Positions 1 to 10,604 of a stretch of DNA of 64,000 nucleotides are shown here, piece after piece (position 1 is the first letter of the stretch; every line of letters starts with the position of its first letter). The notes under the pieces were generated by a model. It was not told the origin of the DNA and did not search any database. It saw nothing but the letters and a program-made list of their open reading frames with translations. The stretch is from assembly GCA_963720375.1 (NCBI GenBank), contig CAVRFM010000015.1, positions 39,988 through 103,987 of the forward strand. Direction: 5' to 3'. The DNA is from an uncultured Chloroflexia bacterium. Its GTDB lineage: Bacteria; Chloroflexota; Dehalococcoidia; UBA2247; RBG-13-53-26. A program made the translations under genes and the position numbers.

Positions 1-2026
1 GAGCCTGGCCGCCCCGAGCGGACGATAGGCCACACCACGCAGGGCTAATGGAATGAGTGCCATGATAATCAGAGCATTGAATATCACCGCCGACATAGAC
101 AGCACTCTGCGGCGTGGCCAAATGCATGAAATTCAGCGTTTTCAGGGCGGGGTAAGTGCTGGCAAAGGCTGCCGGGATAATGGCAAAATACTTGGACACG
201 TCATTGGCGATGCTAAACGTGGTCAAAGCCCCCCGCGTCATCAGCAGTTGCTTGCCTGTCTCCACAATGTCGATCAACTTGGTGGGATTGCTATCCAGAT
301 CGATCATATTGGCAGCTTCGCGAGCCGGCTGTGTCCCGGTATGCATTGCCACACCCACGTCGGCCTGTGCCAATGCCGGAGCATCGTTCGTGCCGTCGCC
401 GGTCATAGCTACAAGCCGTCCGCCAGTCTGATGCTCACGTATCAACTGGAGCTTAGTCTCAGGAGTGGCCTGCGCCAGGAAGTCATCCACTCCCGCTTCA
501 GCAGCAATCGCAGTTGCCGTGAGTGGATTATCGCCGGTAATCATAACTGTTTTTATGCCCATCCTTCGCAGTTGCGCAAAACGTTCCTTGATGCCGCCTT
601 TGACAATATCCCTCAGATGAACTATCCCCACGACTTCACCGTTGCGTGTCACCACCAGCGGTGTGCCACCGGCACGGGCAATGTGATCCACTCTGGTTTG
701 CACTTCCGGCGGCATTTGTTTTCCCTGCCCTTCAAGGTAAGCCCTGATGGCATCAACAGCGCCTTTGCGGATGCTCAGTCCCTCCATATCCACACCACTC
801 ATACGAGTCTGCGCCGAGAACGGCGTAAAATGCATGTCCTGAGGTCCAACGCCATCGGCACCTCCTCGCAGCCCATACCTTTCCTTTGCCAACAGCACTA
901 TGCTGCGACCCTCAGGGGTTTCGTCAGCCAGTGAAGCCAGTTGCGCCACTTCGGCCAGTTCATGGTCGCTCACACCCTCAACTGGTATGAATGCCACCGC
1001 CTGGCGGTTACCCAGAGTGATAGTGCCTGTCTTGTCCAGCAACAGTACATCCACGTCTCCCGCTGCTTCCACCGCACGGCCGGATAGGGCAATGACATTG
1101 CGGCGGATAAGGCGATCCATCCCGGCAATGCCGATGGCCGGCAGCAACCCGCCGATGGTGGTTGGGATAAGGCAGACCAGTAATGCCACGAGCACCGTGA
1201 TGGTGATCGGTGTGCCCTGATGATTCACTTCAGTACTGTACAGTGAGTACGGCAGCAGCGTGGTGCAGACAATGAGAAAGACAATAGTAAATGCCGCTAA
1301 CAGGATGTTGAGAGCGATCTCGTTGGGCGTCTTCTGCCGCTTTGCTCCCTCCACAAGGCTGATCATATGCTCGAGGAAGCCTTCTCCAGGATTGGCCGTT
1401 ACTTGCACGACCAGCCAGTCTGACAGCACGCGCGTCCCGCCGGTGACAGCACTCCGGTCCCCACCCGATTCACGAATAACGGGGGCGCTCTCGCCAGTGA
1501 CAGCGCTCTCATCCACCGAGGCGATCCCCTCGATTATCGCGCCATCAGCCGGGATAACATCACCGGCCTCTACCAGGAACGTATCGTCCTGCCGCAGTAG
1601 AGTAGAAGGAACCAGATCATATTCAGCCCCGTGCTTCGGACGCCTGAGCTTTTTAGCCTGAGTCTCCTGGCGTGTACGGCGCAGTGCAGCAGCCTGGGCT
1701 TTGCCCCGACCTTCAGCCAACGCTTCAGAGAAGTTGGCGAAGACCACACAAAGCCATAGCCAGAGCGACACGCCACCAATGAAGCTGGCTTTAGCCTCAC
1801 CATGCCCGAGAAGTGCCTGCACGAACAAGATGAGAGTCAATACACCGCCCACTTCGGTGACGAACATGACCGGGTTGCGTACCATGTAGCGGGGATTGAG
1901 TTTCAGGAAAGCATCAATAATCGCCTGGCGATAGATTTGCCATCCGAAAGCAGCTTGCTTTTTCAGAGACCCGGTTGCCGTGTCTTTGATTGGTTTGTCA
2001 CCTGTTATCTGTATGTCTTGCGCCAT
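1..2026 (-). CDS. kdpB: Potassium-transporting P-type ATPase subunit KdpB (3' end runs off the window; apparent frameshift near 100-106)
   Basis: Minus-strand translation from ATG 2024-2026 gives the [13 protein letters not shown] and [21 protein letters not shown] motifs and the [13 protein letters not shown] segment. After ...HLATPQSA the KdpB C-terminal motif [24 protein letters not shown] continues in a different frame. Confidence 0.85.
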   Translation of the reverse strand, partial: MAQDIQITGDKPIKDTATGSLKKQAAFGWQIYRQAIIDAFLKLNPRYMVRNPVMFVTEVGGVLTLILFVQALLGHGEAKASFIGGVSLWLWLCVVFANFSEALAEGRGKAQAAALRRTRQETQAKKLRRPKHGAEYDLVPSTLLRQDDTFLVEAGDVIPADGAIIEGIASVDESAVTGESAPVIRESGGDRSAVTGGTRVLSDWLVVQVTANPGEGFLEHMISLVEGAKRQKTPNEIALNILLAAFTIVFLIVCTTLLPYSLYSTEVNHQGTPITITVLVALLVCLIPTTIGGLLPAIGIAGMDRLIRRNVIALSGRAVEAAGDVDVLLLDKTGTITLGNRQAVAFIPVEGVSDHELAEVAQLASLADETPEGRSIVLLAKERYGLRGGADGVGPQDMHFTPFSAQTRMSGVDMEGLSIRKGAVDAIRAYLEGQGKQMPPEVQTRVDHIARAGGTPLVVTRNGEVVGIVHLRDIVKGGIKERFAQLRRMGIKTVMITGDNPLTATAIAAEAGVDDFLAQATPETKLQLIREHQTGGRLVAMTGDGTNDAPALAQADVGVAMHTGTQPAREAANMIDLDSNPTKLIDIVETGKQLLMTRGALTTFSIANDVSKYFAIIPAAFASTYPALKTLNFMHLATPQSAVYVGGDIQCSDYHGTHSISPAWCGLSSARGGQA

Positions 2027-2032
2027 CGGCTG

Positions 2033-3773
2033 TTACCTCAACATCAGGTGTTCTACAATAGGTCCCAGAGACAGGGCAGGCAAGAAGCTCAGGGCACCCA
2101 CAATAATGACCACCGCGATAAGCCAGGCGATGAATAGTGGCCCGTGTGTGGGGAGCGTGCCGGAGCTAGAGGGCACCTTCTTCTCACCCACCAGCGAACC
2201 AGCTATCGCCAGCGCCGGAATGGCCAGCCAGTACCGGCCGATGAGCATGGCAAAGCCCAGGGCGATATTGTAGAAGGGGGTATTCGTCCCGAGACCGGCG
2301 AAGGCACTGCCGTTGTTGTTACCTGCTGAAGAAAAGGCATAGAGCACCTCGCTGAAGCCATGCGCACCGGGGTTAAACACCGCCGCCCTACCCGCAGATA
2401 TGGACACGGCAATCGCCGTGCCGAGCAGCACGATCAGCACCGGGATCGAGTACCATGAGAGAAGCCATCTTCATTTCGTAGGCGCCGATCTTCTTGCCCA
2501 GATATTCGGGAGTACGCCCGATCATCAGCCCGGCGACGAACACCGCAATGATGACAAAAGCCAGCATGCCGTAGAGACCGGAGCCCACCCCGCCGTACAC
2601 CACTTCTCCCAGCTCCATAAGCCACATCGGCACTAAGCCACCGAGCGGTGTATATGAGTCATGCATGGAGTTCACCGAGCCGTTTGACGCCGAGGTGGTA
2701 GCAGTAGCCCACAAGGCTGAGTTGCCGATTCCGAAGCGCACCTCCTTGCCCTCCATATTGCCACCGGACTGCAGGTCGCTGGCCTTCTGGTCCACGCCAA
2801 GTTCGGTTAAAGTCGGATTACCGCGCTGTTCTGCCCAGACAGTTACGGACAGGCAGGCTACAAAGATAATGGTCATGGCGGCCAGTATCGCCCAGCCTTT
2901 GCGTGTGTCGCCCACCATCTTGCCGAAGGTATAGCACAGCGCAGCAGGGATGAGCAGGATTGCCAGCATCTCCAGGAAGTTCGAGAGGGGGGTAGGGTTT
3001 TCAAAGGGATGCGCCGAGTTAACGTTGAAGAAGCCGCCACCGTTCGTTCCGAGCATCTTAATGGCAACCTGAGAAGCAGCCGGGCCCAGCGCCAGGATCT
3101 GTCCACTAACGCTCTGGCCACTGGCATTGTCGGTCGACTGTAGAAGTGTCACTTCATGAGCGCCACTTAATGTCTGCACCACACCCTGCGATACCAGGAC
3201 CAGCGCCAGCACAAACGAGAGAGGCAGCAGGATGTACAGAATGCTTCGAGTCATGTCAACCCAAAAATTGCCTAACACCTTGCTGGAGTGCCTCACGAAG
3301 CCGCGTATCACGGCAATCAGTACCGCCATGCCTATAGCTGCAGAGACAAAGTTTTGCACCGTAAGTCCAACCATCTGGGTCAAATAGCTCATAGTGGTCT
3401 CGCCGCTGTAACTCTGCCAGTTGGTGTTGGTGACGAAGCTGGCCGCCGTATTGAAGGCCAGATCAGGTTTGACCGCCCCCAAATGCTGGGGATTGAGCGG
3501 CAGGACAGACTGAAGACGCTGCAGACCGTATAGCGCCAGCAGCCCCACAAAACTGAAGAGCAGCATGGCAATGGCATAAGTCTTCCAGTCCATCTCTTCA
3601 TCGGGGCGCATACCTACGATACGATAGATGAGGCGCTCGACAGGTCCGACAATACGGCCAAAGAACGTGCGCTCGCCCGCATAGACGCGCGCCATATAAG
3701 CTCCCAGCGGCTTAACAAGCAACAGCAGAACAACCAGATATAGCCCGAGTTGAAGCCACGTGAGGGTCGTCAT
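2033..3773 (-). pseudogene. kdpA: Potassium-transporting ATPase subunit KdpA, split by one frameshift near 2441-2450 (ORFs 2388..3782 and 2033..2440)
   Basis: The 464-aa ORF matches KdpA along its length ([38 protein letters not shown]). The 135-aa ORF supplies the KdpA C-terminus ([28 protein letters not shown]...GTLPTHG). Removing 1 nt near GATCCCGG joins them as ...[16 protein letters not shown].... Confidence 0.85.
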
Positions 3774-3862
3774 TTGAACCAATCCGGTTTCAAAAGCGCT
3801 AAGACGAGGTATACCAGCAGGCCTACAGAAATTACGCCTGAAACAATGTAGAGGACGTTCAT
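3770..3862 (-). CDS. kdpF: KdpF-like small membrane peptide (30 aa), stop overlaps the kdpA start as ATGA
   Basis: Translation [30 protein letters not shown] has the KdpF-like GxLxxYLVxAL...F pattern. Its stop is translationally coupled to the kdpA ATG. Confidence 0.6.
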   Translation of the reverse strand: MNVLYIVSGVISVGLLVYLVLALLKPDWFK

Positions 3863-3864
3863 AT

Positions 3865-3954
3865 TCACTTCATCAGGCGCAGAGTGGCCAGTAGCAGTCC
3901 CAGGGTCGCCAGGAAAAACAGCACGATGAGGATCAGAAAGAGCAGGTCGTTCAT
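3865..3954 (-). CDS. Second small hydrophobic peptide (29 aa) upstream of kdpF: [29 protein letters not shown]
   Basis: ATG is preceded by a GGGAAGGGGG ribosome-binding site. One predicted transmembrane helix. It is the first ORF of the kdp transcript. Confidence 0.4.
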   Translation of the reverse strand: MNDLLFLILIVLFFLATLGLLLATLRLMK

Positions 3955-4012
3955 AGGAACCCCCTTCCCGCCATCAAGTTTCCCATTGTAGCAAATTAGA
4001 GATCAAAGGGTT

Positions 4013-4055
4013 GTCAAGAAAGAAGTACAGGCAGTCAAGAAAGTGTCAAGAAAGC
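4013..4055 (-). promoter_or_regulatory. Three direct repeats GTCAAGAAAG (4013-4022, 4034-4043, 4046-4055) upstream of the kdp operon, above a TACAAT -10 at 3985-3990 (minus sense). Candidate OmpR/KdpE-type response-regulator site.
   Basis: Exact 10-bp repeat three times within 43 bp, overlapping the -35 region of the kdpF-A-B promoter. Confidence 0.45.
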
Positions 4056-4185
4056 GGACACTGCTCCCTTCCGCAAGAGTGTTTAGAGGCGGGGGTTGTG
4101 GATTGCTCGGGCAATAGGCGGGCACTAAGCCGCGCCTCCACCATCTCACATCTTTGAAGTCTCCCTCAACGTCCTCTCCAGTCCG

Positions 4186-6360
4186 TCATGCCACATTCCC
4201 CTCAGCCCGCTCCAGCTCGACGTCGATGAGCCCTTCAACAACAAACCTCCTGCCTCCCACCACCCCCAACTTTCTCATACCGATGCCATGCCGGGTTGCT
4301 TCCTTCTTCAGGCCAGCCACCCTCGCCGGGGCCACCGATACCACAAACCTCGAAGGCATCTCACCGTAAAGGGCGGCGTCCAACCTGCCCTTGATCTTCC
4401 AACCCCCTCTGAACCCGATGCCTCCGAAGAAGCAGCACTCAGCCAGGGCCACTGCCAGCCCGCCATCGGAGCAGTCATGAGCAGATTTGATGACACCGCT
4501 CCGGATCAGCGATAGGCAGCATCGCTGCACCCCTTTCTCCAGTTCCAGGTCTATCAAGGGTCTGCCGAGCACTAACCCGTGTATCAGCTCCAGATATTCA
4601 CTCCCCGCCAGCCCGCCTTCATTCAGGTCTCCCAGAAGAAACACCAGGTCGCCCTCATTCTTAAAGCCGCTGGTGCAGTATCTATCCACATCCTCAATCA
4701 AACCCACCATCCCCACCACAGGGGTAGGATAAACAGCCCGGCCCTTCGTCTCGTTATACAGGCTCACATTGCCGCTGATGACGGGGATATTGAGTCGGCG
4801 GCAGGCCGCAGCCATTCCCCTTATACACTCCTTGAGCTGGTAATAGATATCGGCCCTCTCCGGATTGCCAAAATTGAGGCAGTCAGTAATAGCCAGCGGC
4901 TCAGCCCCGGTGCAGACCAGGTTACGGGCCGCTTCAGCCACTGCCATCGCCCCCCCGTTAAAGGGGTCCAGATAGCAGTATCGTCCGTTTCCATCAGCGG
5001 TCAGGGAAATCGCCTTCGTAGTGTCTTTGATGCGCAGCACCGCCCCATCGCCTCCGGGAGGCACCACCGTATTGGTCTGTACTTGATGATCATACTGGCG
5101 ATATACCCATTCCTTGCTGGCAATATTAGGGCTCTCGAGCAATCTCAGCAGGACCGGCTGGCACTCCTTCGGAGAAAGATCGGGGACAGTCTCCAGGTCA
5201 AAGCGCTGCAGTTTTGTCAGCCATCCTGGTTTACGGCAGGGGACACGGTAGAAGGGAGGCTCCGACAGGAGTTTCACCGGCACCTCGGCGACCACCCTTT
5301 TCCCCTCTCTGATCCGCGCTATGCCATCATCAGTGACTTGTCCTATGATGTCTGAATGCAAACCCCAACGATCAAAAAGTCCCTTGACCTTATCTTCGCA
5401 TCCTCTCCTGACAACAACCAGCATCCGTTCCTGGGACTCGGAGAGCATCACCTCATAGGGATTCATCCCCTGTTCACGGCGGGGGACTTTGGCTGTATCC
5501 ACCTCTATCCCGCTGCCGCCTTTGGAGGCAGATTCCACAGCACTGCTGGTCAGCCCAGCTGCTCCCAGGTCCTGCACCCCCACAATCCAGTCGGTCTCGG
5601 CCAGTTCCAGGCAGGCCTCAATGAGCAATTTCTCCAGAAAGGGATTGCCTACCTGCACGGCAGAGCGCAACTCCCTTTGTTCCTCAAACGTCCGTGACGC
5701 CAGGCCGGAGGCACCGTGAAGGCCATCCCGGCCAGTGTCCGCTCCCACCAGCATCAAAAGGTTGCCGGAGCCAGCAGCTCTTGCCGTGACCAGTCTGTCG
5801 CTTTTGACAATGCCGACGCACATGGCGTTCACCAGGGGATTGTCCGAGTAGAAGGGAGAGAAATAGATTTCACCGCCCACATCCGGGATGCCCAGGCAGT
5901 TGCCGTAGGCAGCGATTCCCCCCACCACACCGTTGAAGAGATAGCGGTTGCGGGGTTCCTTCAGGGGCCCGAATCTCAAGGAGTTGAGCAGAGCAATGGG
6001 GCGCGCCCCCATGGTGAAGATGTCTCTCACAATTCCGCCTACCCCCGTGGCCGCCCCCTGGAAAGGCTCAATAGCCGAGGGATGATTGTGGGACTCCATC
6101 TTCATCACCACGGACAGTCCCTCACCGATGTCTACTGCCCCAGCATTCTCCTCCCCCGCCTTAACCAGGACCCTCTTGCCTGTGGTAGGGAAGAGCTTCA
6201 GCAGCAGCTTGGAGTGCTTGTAGCCGCAGTGCTCGCTCCACAGTGAGCCGAACATCCCCAGCTCTACTTCGGTGGGCTCTCTGCCCAGCCTCTGGACTAT
6301 GAGCTGGTATTCTGCTTCACTGAGGGCGACTTCATCGAGGGCTTCTTTGGAAACAGGCAT
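4186..6360 (-). CDS. purL: Phosphoribosylformylglycinamidine synthase subunit PurL
   Basis: 724-aa ORF with PurL / AIRS-like domains throughout. Confidence 0.93.
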   Translation of the reverse strand: MPVSKEALDEVALSEAEYQLIVQRLGREPTEVELGMFGSLWSEHCGYKHSKLLLKLFPTTGKRVLVKAGEENAGAVDIGEGLSVVMKMESHNHPSAIEPFQGAATGVGGIVRDIFTMGARPIALLNSLRFGPLKEPRNRYLFNGVVGGIAAYGNCLGIPDVGGEIYFSPFYSDNPLVNAMCVGIVKSDRLVTARAAGSGNLLMLVGADTGRDGLHGASGLASRTFEEQRELRSAVQVGNPFLEKLLIEACLELAETDWIVGVQDLGAAGLTSSAVESASKGGSGIEVDTAKVPRREQGMNPYEVMLSESQERMLVVVRRGCEDKVKGLFDRWGLHSDIIGQVTDDGIARIREGKRVVAEVPVKLLSEPPFYRVPCRKPGWLTKLQRFDLETVPDLSPKECQPVLLRLLESPNIASKEWVYRQYDHQVQTNTVVPPGGDGAVLRIKDTTKAISLTADGNGRYCYLDPFNGGAMAVAEAARNLVCTGAEPLAITDCLNFGNPERADIYYQLKECIRGMAAACRRLNIPVISGNVSLYNETKGRAVYPTPVVGMVGLIEDVDRYCTSGFKNEGDLVFLLGDLNEGGLAGSEYLELIHGLVLGRPLIDLELEKGVQRCCLSLIRSGVIKSAHDCSDGGLAVALAECCFFGGIGFRGGWKIKGRLDAALYGEMPSRFVVSVAPARVAGLKKEATRHGIGMRKLGVVGGRRFVVEGLIDVELERAEGNVA

Positions 6361-6434
6361 ACCTTTATCTTCACCTACTCTAATGGGGGCAATTGATAGA
6401 ACCAGTGGCGTTTGGTCTTAATCAAAGACATCAG

Positions 6435-7382
6435 CTACGTTTGTGGGCTAGGTTTGCGGACAAAAGGCAACCAAGAGAAGAATCTCCGCCATTCACCTTT
6501 ATCCCAGACTATTAACAATTGGCTCGCATTACAAACCGAGCTGTAGGTGCCAGTAACAACACCGATCAGAAGAACAAGAGTGAAGTTGTGAATAGTGCCC
6601 CCGACAAGAAGAAGCAGCGTTAGGAGAACCAGGAACACGGTCAGTGACGTATTCAGTGAGCGGGTCAATGTCTGCACAATACTAATGTTCACCGTTTCCT
6701 CGAAGTCATTGCCTATATGCTTACTCATGTTCTCTCGAATGCGGTCGAAAACCACAATCGTGTCATGAACGCTGTAGCCAGCCACGGTAAGCATTCCGGT
6801 AATAAACATTACATCGACTTTCACCCCGACCACCCAACCAAGAATAGAGAAGATGCCCATAACTACCAGGATATCGTGAATCAAGGCAATGATGGCGCAG
6901 ACACCCCAGCGGAAAGGACTGGGCATTTTCCTAAAAGCAAAGGTGATGTAAAGTAGAATGCCAACAGCGGCGATGGCAACGGCTATGGCTGCATTGCGGG
7001 CTGTCTCACTGGCTACCATGGGAGACACAACCAAGTACTCCGGTTGTTGATCTGCCGGGAAAGTATACTGGAATTCGCTCTCAATGCCCGTTGTAATTCT
7101 CTCTTCGTCCGAAGTAGCAAGAATGCCTGGAATCGTTATGTAGAACGAGTTATCGCCCGTATTCTGAACAAGATAATCAGTGTATCCCAAAGACGACATC
7201 TCACCACGAAGGTCACCCTCTGACACAGTGACATTGTCGCCCAAAGTGAGCGTGATGGAGGTGCCACTCTTGAAGTCGACCCCTGGCTTGAGTCCAAAAA
7301 CCGCCAGAGAGATTATCCCGGGAATAATAACCAAGGCTGAGAGAAGGAAGAACCAGTACCTCTTGCCGACGAAATCAATCAT
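6435..7382 (-). CDS. secF: Protein translocase subunit SecF (the ORF extends to 7418; the start is probably the MIDFVGKRYWFF methionine)
   Basis: SecF transmembrane pattern and position after secD. Confidence 0.88.
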   Translation of the reverse strand: MIDFVGKRYWFFLLSALVIIPGIISLAVFGLKPGVDFKSGTSITLTLGDNVTVSEGDLRGEMSSLGYTDYLVQNTGDNSFYITIPGILATSDEERITTGIESEFQYTFPADQQPEYLVVSPMVASETARNAAIAVAIAAVGILLYITFAFRKMPSPFRWGVCAIIALIHDILVVMGIFSILGWVVGVKVDVMFITGMLTVAGYSVHDTIVVFDRIRENMSKHIGNDFEETVNISIVQTLTRSLNTSLTVFLVLLTLLLLVGGTIHNFTLVLLIGVVTGTYSSVCNASQLLIVWDKGEWRRFFSWLPFVRKPSPQT

Positions 7383-9042
7383 CTTCTGCCCCTGCCGCAG
7401 GCTTCGTTTCCACTCCAAACCAGTTCAGATTCCTGGTAGCCCGAGATCCGGAGAGGAAGGTCAAAAGTAGAGTCCGTGAGATTACGACGGCGCTGAACAT
7501 GCTCACAGCAACTCCAATAAACAGCGTCAGAGCAAAGCCCTTCACGGTTGAACTGGCGACTATATGGCTACCAAACCAGTATAGGATGATGCAGGTGATA
7601 AAGGTACTGATATTGCTGTCACGAATCGAAGGCCACGCTCGGCTGAAGCCAGCGTCTATAGCTGCTTTGAGAGTGCTCCCCGCCCGCAACTCCTCTTTCA
7701 TCCTTTCGAAGATGAGCACGTTGGCGTCCACAGCCATACCCATGGATACGACAAAGCCAGCAATCCCAGCCAAGGTTAATGTCACCGGAATCAGTTTGTA
7801 GATGGACAGAACGATCAGCGTATAGATAATAAGAGCCGCTGTGGCTACAACACCTGGCAGTCGATAGTACAAGATCATGAACAACGCCACTATCAGCAGC
7901 CCAACCATGCCGGCCACGAAAGCCTTGCGTACAAAATCTGCGCCGAGGGTGGCTGAGATTTGACTTTCAAAGAGCGTCTTCAGGGGAACCGGCAGAGCGC
8001 CTGAGACCAGCTGGACCGCCAGATCTTGAGACGAATTAGCATCGAAGTTCCCAGTGATCTGGTCATTGCCGGCAGATGCCGACTCTTCCATCTGAGGGCT
8101 GGAGATTAACTTACCATCAAGCACAATACCCAGCAGACTACGCGGATCCGCCGAGCCAGAGCTATAGTACGCGTTAAGGCGAGCTGCGATCTGGTTGAAG
8201 ATGGTGGTTCCGTCACTATTCCAACCAATGCCGACTGCATAAGTGACAGCGCCTAGTGAGTTTGTGCTTACCTGCCTCTTGGCGCTTGTAAGATATGATC
8301 CGGTGAGCTGTGTTACCACCCCATTCAGGGTCCCGGTAGCCGGCTCCCAGCTCAGGGCTGCCGTGTCGCTCGATCCCAGCGCAGACAGATTATCGGCTAG
8401 GACGTTCCCATCTTCGTCAGCCTGGTAAAGAACATTCCCGCTGTTGTCCGTTAACGTACGAGTTCCATTGTCCCCTACATTGAAAACGGCCACAGGGTCC
8501 TGGCTCGCAGAGGTGTAGAATATACGGCTGCCCGGGACACTCGTCTCGAAGAATGCGGCGAAGTTTTCACTCATATAGTCATTGAGGGTAACCGTACTGC
8601 TATCTGCGGGCTTCCGTTCGACCTCCCTGAACTCAAGGAAGGCCGTCGCTTCTATCACGCTCTTGGCTGTCTCAACATCGGTTATGCCTGGCAACTCCAC
8701 CAGGATACGGTCTGCCCCTTGCTTCTGTATGACGGGCTCAACTACGCCCAGGCCATTTACACGGCTCTCAATGCTCTTAATAGCGCCGTCTACAGCATCC
8801 GCCTTCTGCGTATCTGTCAAATTCTCTGTAAGTTTTGAAAAGTCAGCCTGATAGACCAGTTGCACGCCGCCCTTCAGGTCCAGCCCCAGTCGCAGTCCCA
8901 GGTCGTCCGACTCATGGTGAAGAGCACTAGAGCCGCTGGGAGACATCAACCAGATGGATACGCCGATGATGACTATGATAAGGAGTAGAAACCAGCGGTT
9001 CCAGAGAAATCGCTTCGCTGTCCTTGTTGGTCGCTTCATCAT
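7375..9042 (-). CDS. secD: Protein translocase subunit SecD
   Basis: 555-aa ORF with the SecD periplasmic domain and C-terminal transmembrane bundle, followed by secF. Confidence 0.92.
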   Translation of the reverse strand: MMKRPTRTAKRFLWNRWFLLLIIVIIGVSIWLMSPSGSSALHHESDDLGLRLGLDLKGGVQLVYQADFSKLTENLTDTQKADAVDGAIKSIESRVNGLGVVEPVIQKQGADRILVELPGITDVETAKSVIEATAFLEFREVERKPADSSTVTLNDYMSENFAAFFETSVPGSRIFYTSASQDPVAVFNVGDNGTRTLTDNSGNVLYQADEDGNVLADNLSALGSSDTAALSWEPATGTLNGVVTQLTGSYLTSAKRQVSTNSLGAVTYAVGIGWNSDGTTIFNQIAARLNAYYSSGSADPRSLLGIVLDGKLISSPQMEESASAGNDQITGNFDANSSQDLAVQLVSGALPVPLKTLFESQISATLGADFVRKAFVAGMVGLLIVALFMILYYRLPGVVATAALIIYTLIVLSIYKLIPVTLTLAGIAGFVVSMGMAVDANVLIFERMKEELRAGSTLKAAIDAGFSRAWPSIRDSNISTFITCIILYWFGSHIVASSTVKGFALTLFIGVAVSMFSAVVISRTLLLTFLSGSRATRNLNWFGVETKPAAGAEDD

Positions 9043-9104
9043 GAGGCTATCTGCATGTTCTTAATTTCAGATACGCATCCTGGAAATGGTACAAATTGCG
9101 TTTA

Positions 9105-10604
9105 TCATACCACTTTTTCAGCGGGTTTGTCTTGAGCCAGCCGTCTCTGGGCAAAGGCCAGGGCTTCTTCCCTGGTAGCAATCTCGCCTGCCCCCTGGGC
9201 TTCGCGCACTGCTTCCAGAAGTTCACCCACCTTCGGGCCAGGCTTCAAGCCAAGGATTTTCATCAGGTCATCCCCATCGAGCAGCTTCGGGGGCCTCACT
9301 AAAGCTTCATCTTCCTCACGCTGCGACAATACATACTCCATCATGCCGCAGTGCCGTCTCCATTCCGTCAGGTCCAGATTCGGTCCCTGAGTGGCCAGGA
9401 AATCAGCCAGAGTGAGGAACATGATATCGATGCTTACGTCACCGGTATCACGGAAATAGCGGTAGATAGCCCGCCGGGTAGGCATTCCCTGGTCACCCCC
9501 CATCTGCCACAGCCGCAGATGGGCCTCTATCATCTTCTGCACCATTCCTGTTTCTCTGTTGCTGAACCTGAGCCGCTGGAGGATATCGCCAGCTATCGAA
9601 GCCCCCTCCTTGGTGTGCCCCAGGAAGCGGGCTCTGCCATCCGCCTCCATAGTCTTGGTTTGTGGCTTGGCAATATCGTGGAGAAGGGCAGCCAGCTTCA
9701 TCAGAACAGCCCTGGTCACACCAATGCCGATCTCTTCCTCAAAACCCTCAATATGGGGCACCAGGTGCGGGGCAAGGGCAAGAAATTCAATTTCTTTCTC
9801 CCTGTTTAGCAGCCGTTCCAGGGCAGCTACCGCCTCTATCGAGTGATGAAATACGTCCCAATAATGTTCTCTGGGCTGCTCTACCCCCTTGGTCGCGGTC
9901 AGTTCAGGGATAATGGCAGTCAGCAATCCCAGGCGGTCCAGATAGAATAGAAAATGGGCCGCATTCCGGCTGGCGAGTATGCGGCAGAGTTCCTCTCTCA
10001 CCCTCTCACCAGCCACCTGGCGGATAAGCTGGCCCTGTTTGCTGAGCAGGATTTCGGTCTCCTCCTCTATCGTAAAACCATACGCCGCTGCCAGCCTCAC
10101 TGCCCGTATCAAGCGGGCCGGGTCATCTTCAAAGGCAGTATCACCCACCGCCCTGATTGACCTCTTCTCCAGGTCTCGCTTCCCCTGGAAGGGGTCAATC
10201 AGGGAAGCAGAGCCGTCCTCTCCCACTTCCCTCAAGTCAATCGCCATAGCATCGATGGTGAAATCTCGGCGGGAAAGGTCTGCCTCAATGTTTCCTCGAA
10301 TAGTTGAGAGGTCAAGATGCCACTGAGACTCTCCGGCTGCATCACCGGCAGCCACTACTACCCTGGCTATACCGTTGGCCTCATCTAAAAGCACATACCT
10401 GCCATGAAGCGCCTCCGCCAGCTTCTGTGCCACTTGCGGGGCCGCCTCTGCCACGGCTATGTCAATGTCCCTGGTAGCCCGACCGAGCAACGTGTCACGA
10501 ATGTATCCGCCAACGAGATAAGAATCGATGCCCTGTCGAACAAGGAAGTCCGCTGCCCCCGCCAGTATCGAAGGGACATCCCTCCCCAAAGAAACCCTGG
10601 TCAT
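9105..10604 (-). CDS. cca: CCA-adding tRNA nucleotidyltransferase (PolyA_pol head plus HD domain)
   Basis: GGYIRDTLLGRATRDIDIAV nucleotidyltransferase motif with a C-terminal HD domain. Confidence 0.85.
   Translation of the reverse strand: MTRVSLGRDVPSILAGAADFLVRQGIDSYLVGGYIRDTLLGRATRDIDIAVAEAAPQVAQKLAEALHGRYVLLDEANGIARVVVAAGDAAGESQWHLDLSTIRGNIEADLSRRDFTIDAMAIDLREVGEDGSASLIDPFQGKRDLEKRSIRAVGDTAFEDDPARLIRAVRLAAAYGFTIEEETEILLSKQGQLIRQVAGERVREELCRILASRNAAHFLFYLDRLGLLTAIIPELTATKGVEQPREHYWDVFHHSIEAVAALERLLNREKEIEFLALAPHLVPHIEGFEEEIGIGVTRAVLMKLAALLHDIAKPQTKTMEADGRARFLGHTKEGASIAGDILQRLRFSNRETGMVQKMIEAHLRLWQMGGDQGMPTRRAIYRYFRDTGDVSIDIMFLTLADFLATQGPNLDLTEWRRHCGMMEYVLSQREEDEALVRPPKLLDGDDLMKILGLKPGPKVGELLEAVREAQGAGEIATREEALAFAQRRLAQDKPAEKVV

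Noticed and set aside
53-2273. Chain of + strand ORFs (53..934, 900..1220, 1260..1661, 1802..2137, 1980..2273)
   Set aside because: They lie antisense to a clearly recognisable kdpB gene (the minus-strand translation gives textbook P-type ATPase motifs). Open antisense frames of this kind are typical of GC-rich coding sequence.
4579-6246. + strand ORFs 4579..5355, 5356..5697 and 5716..6246
   Set aside because: They are antisense to purL and have no recognisable motifs.
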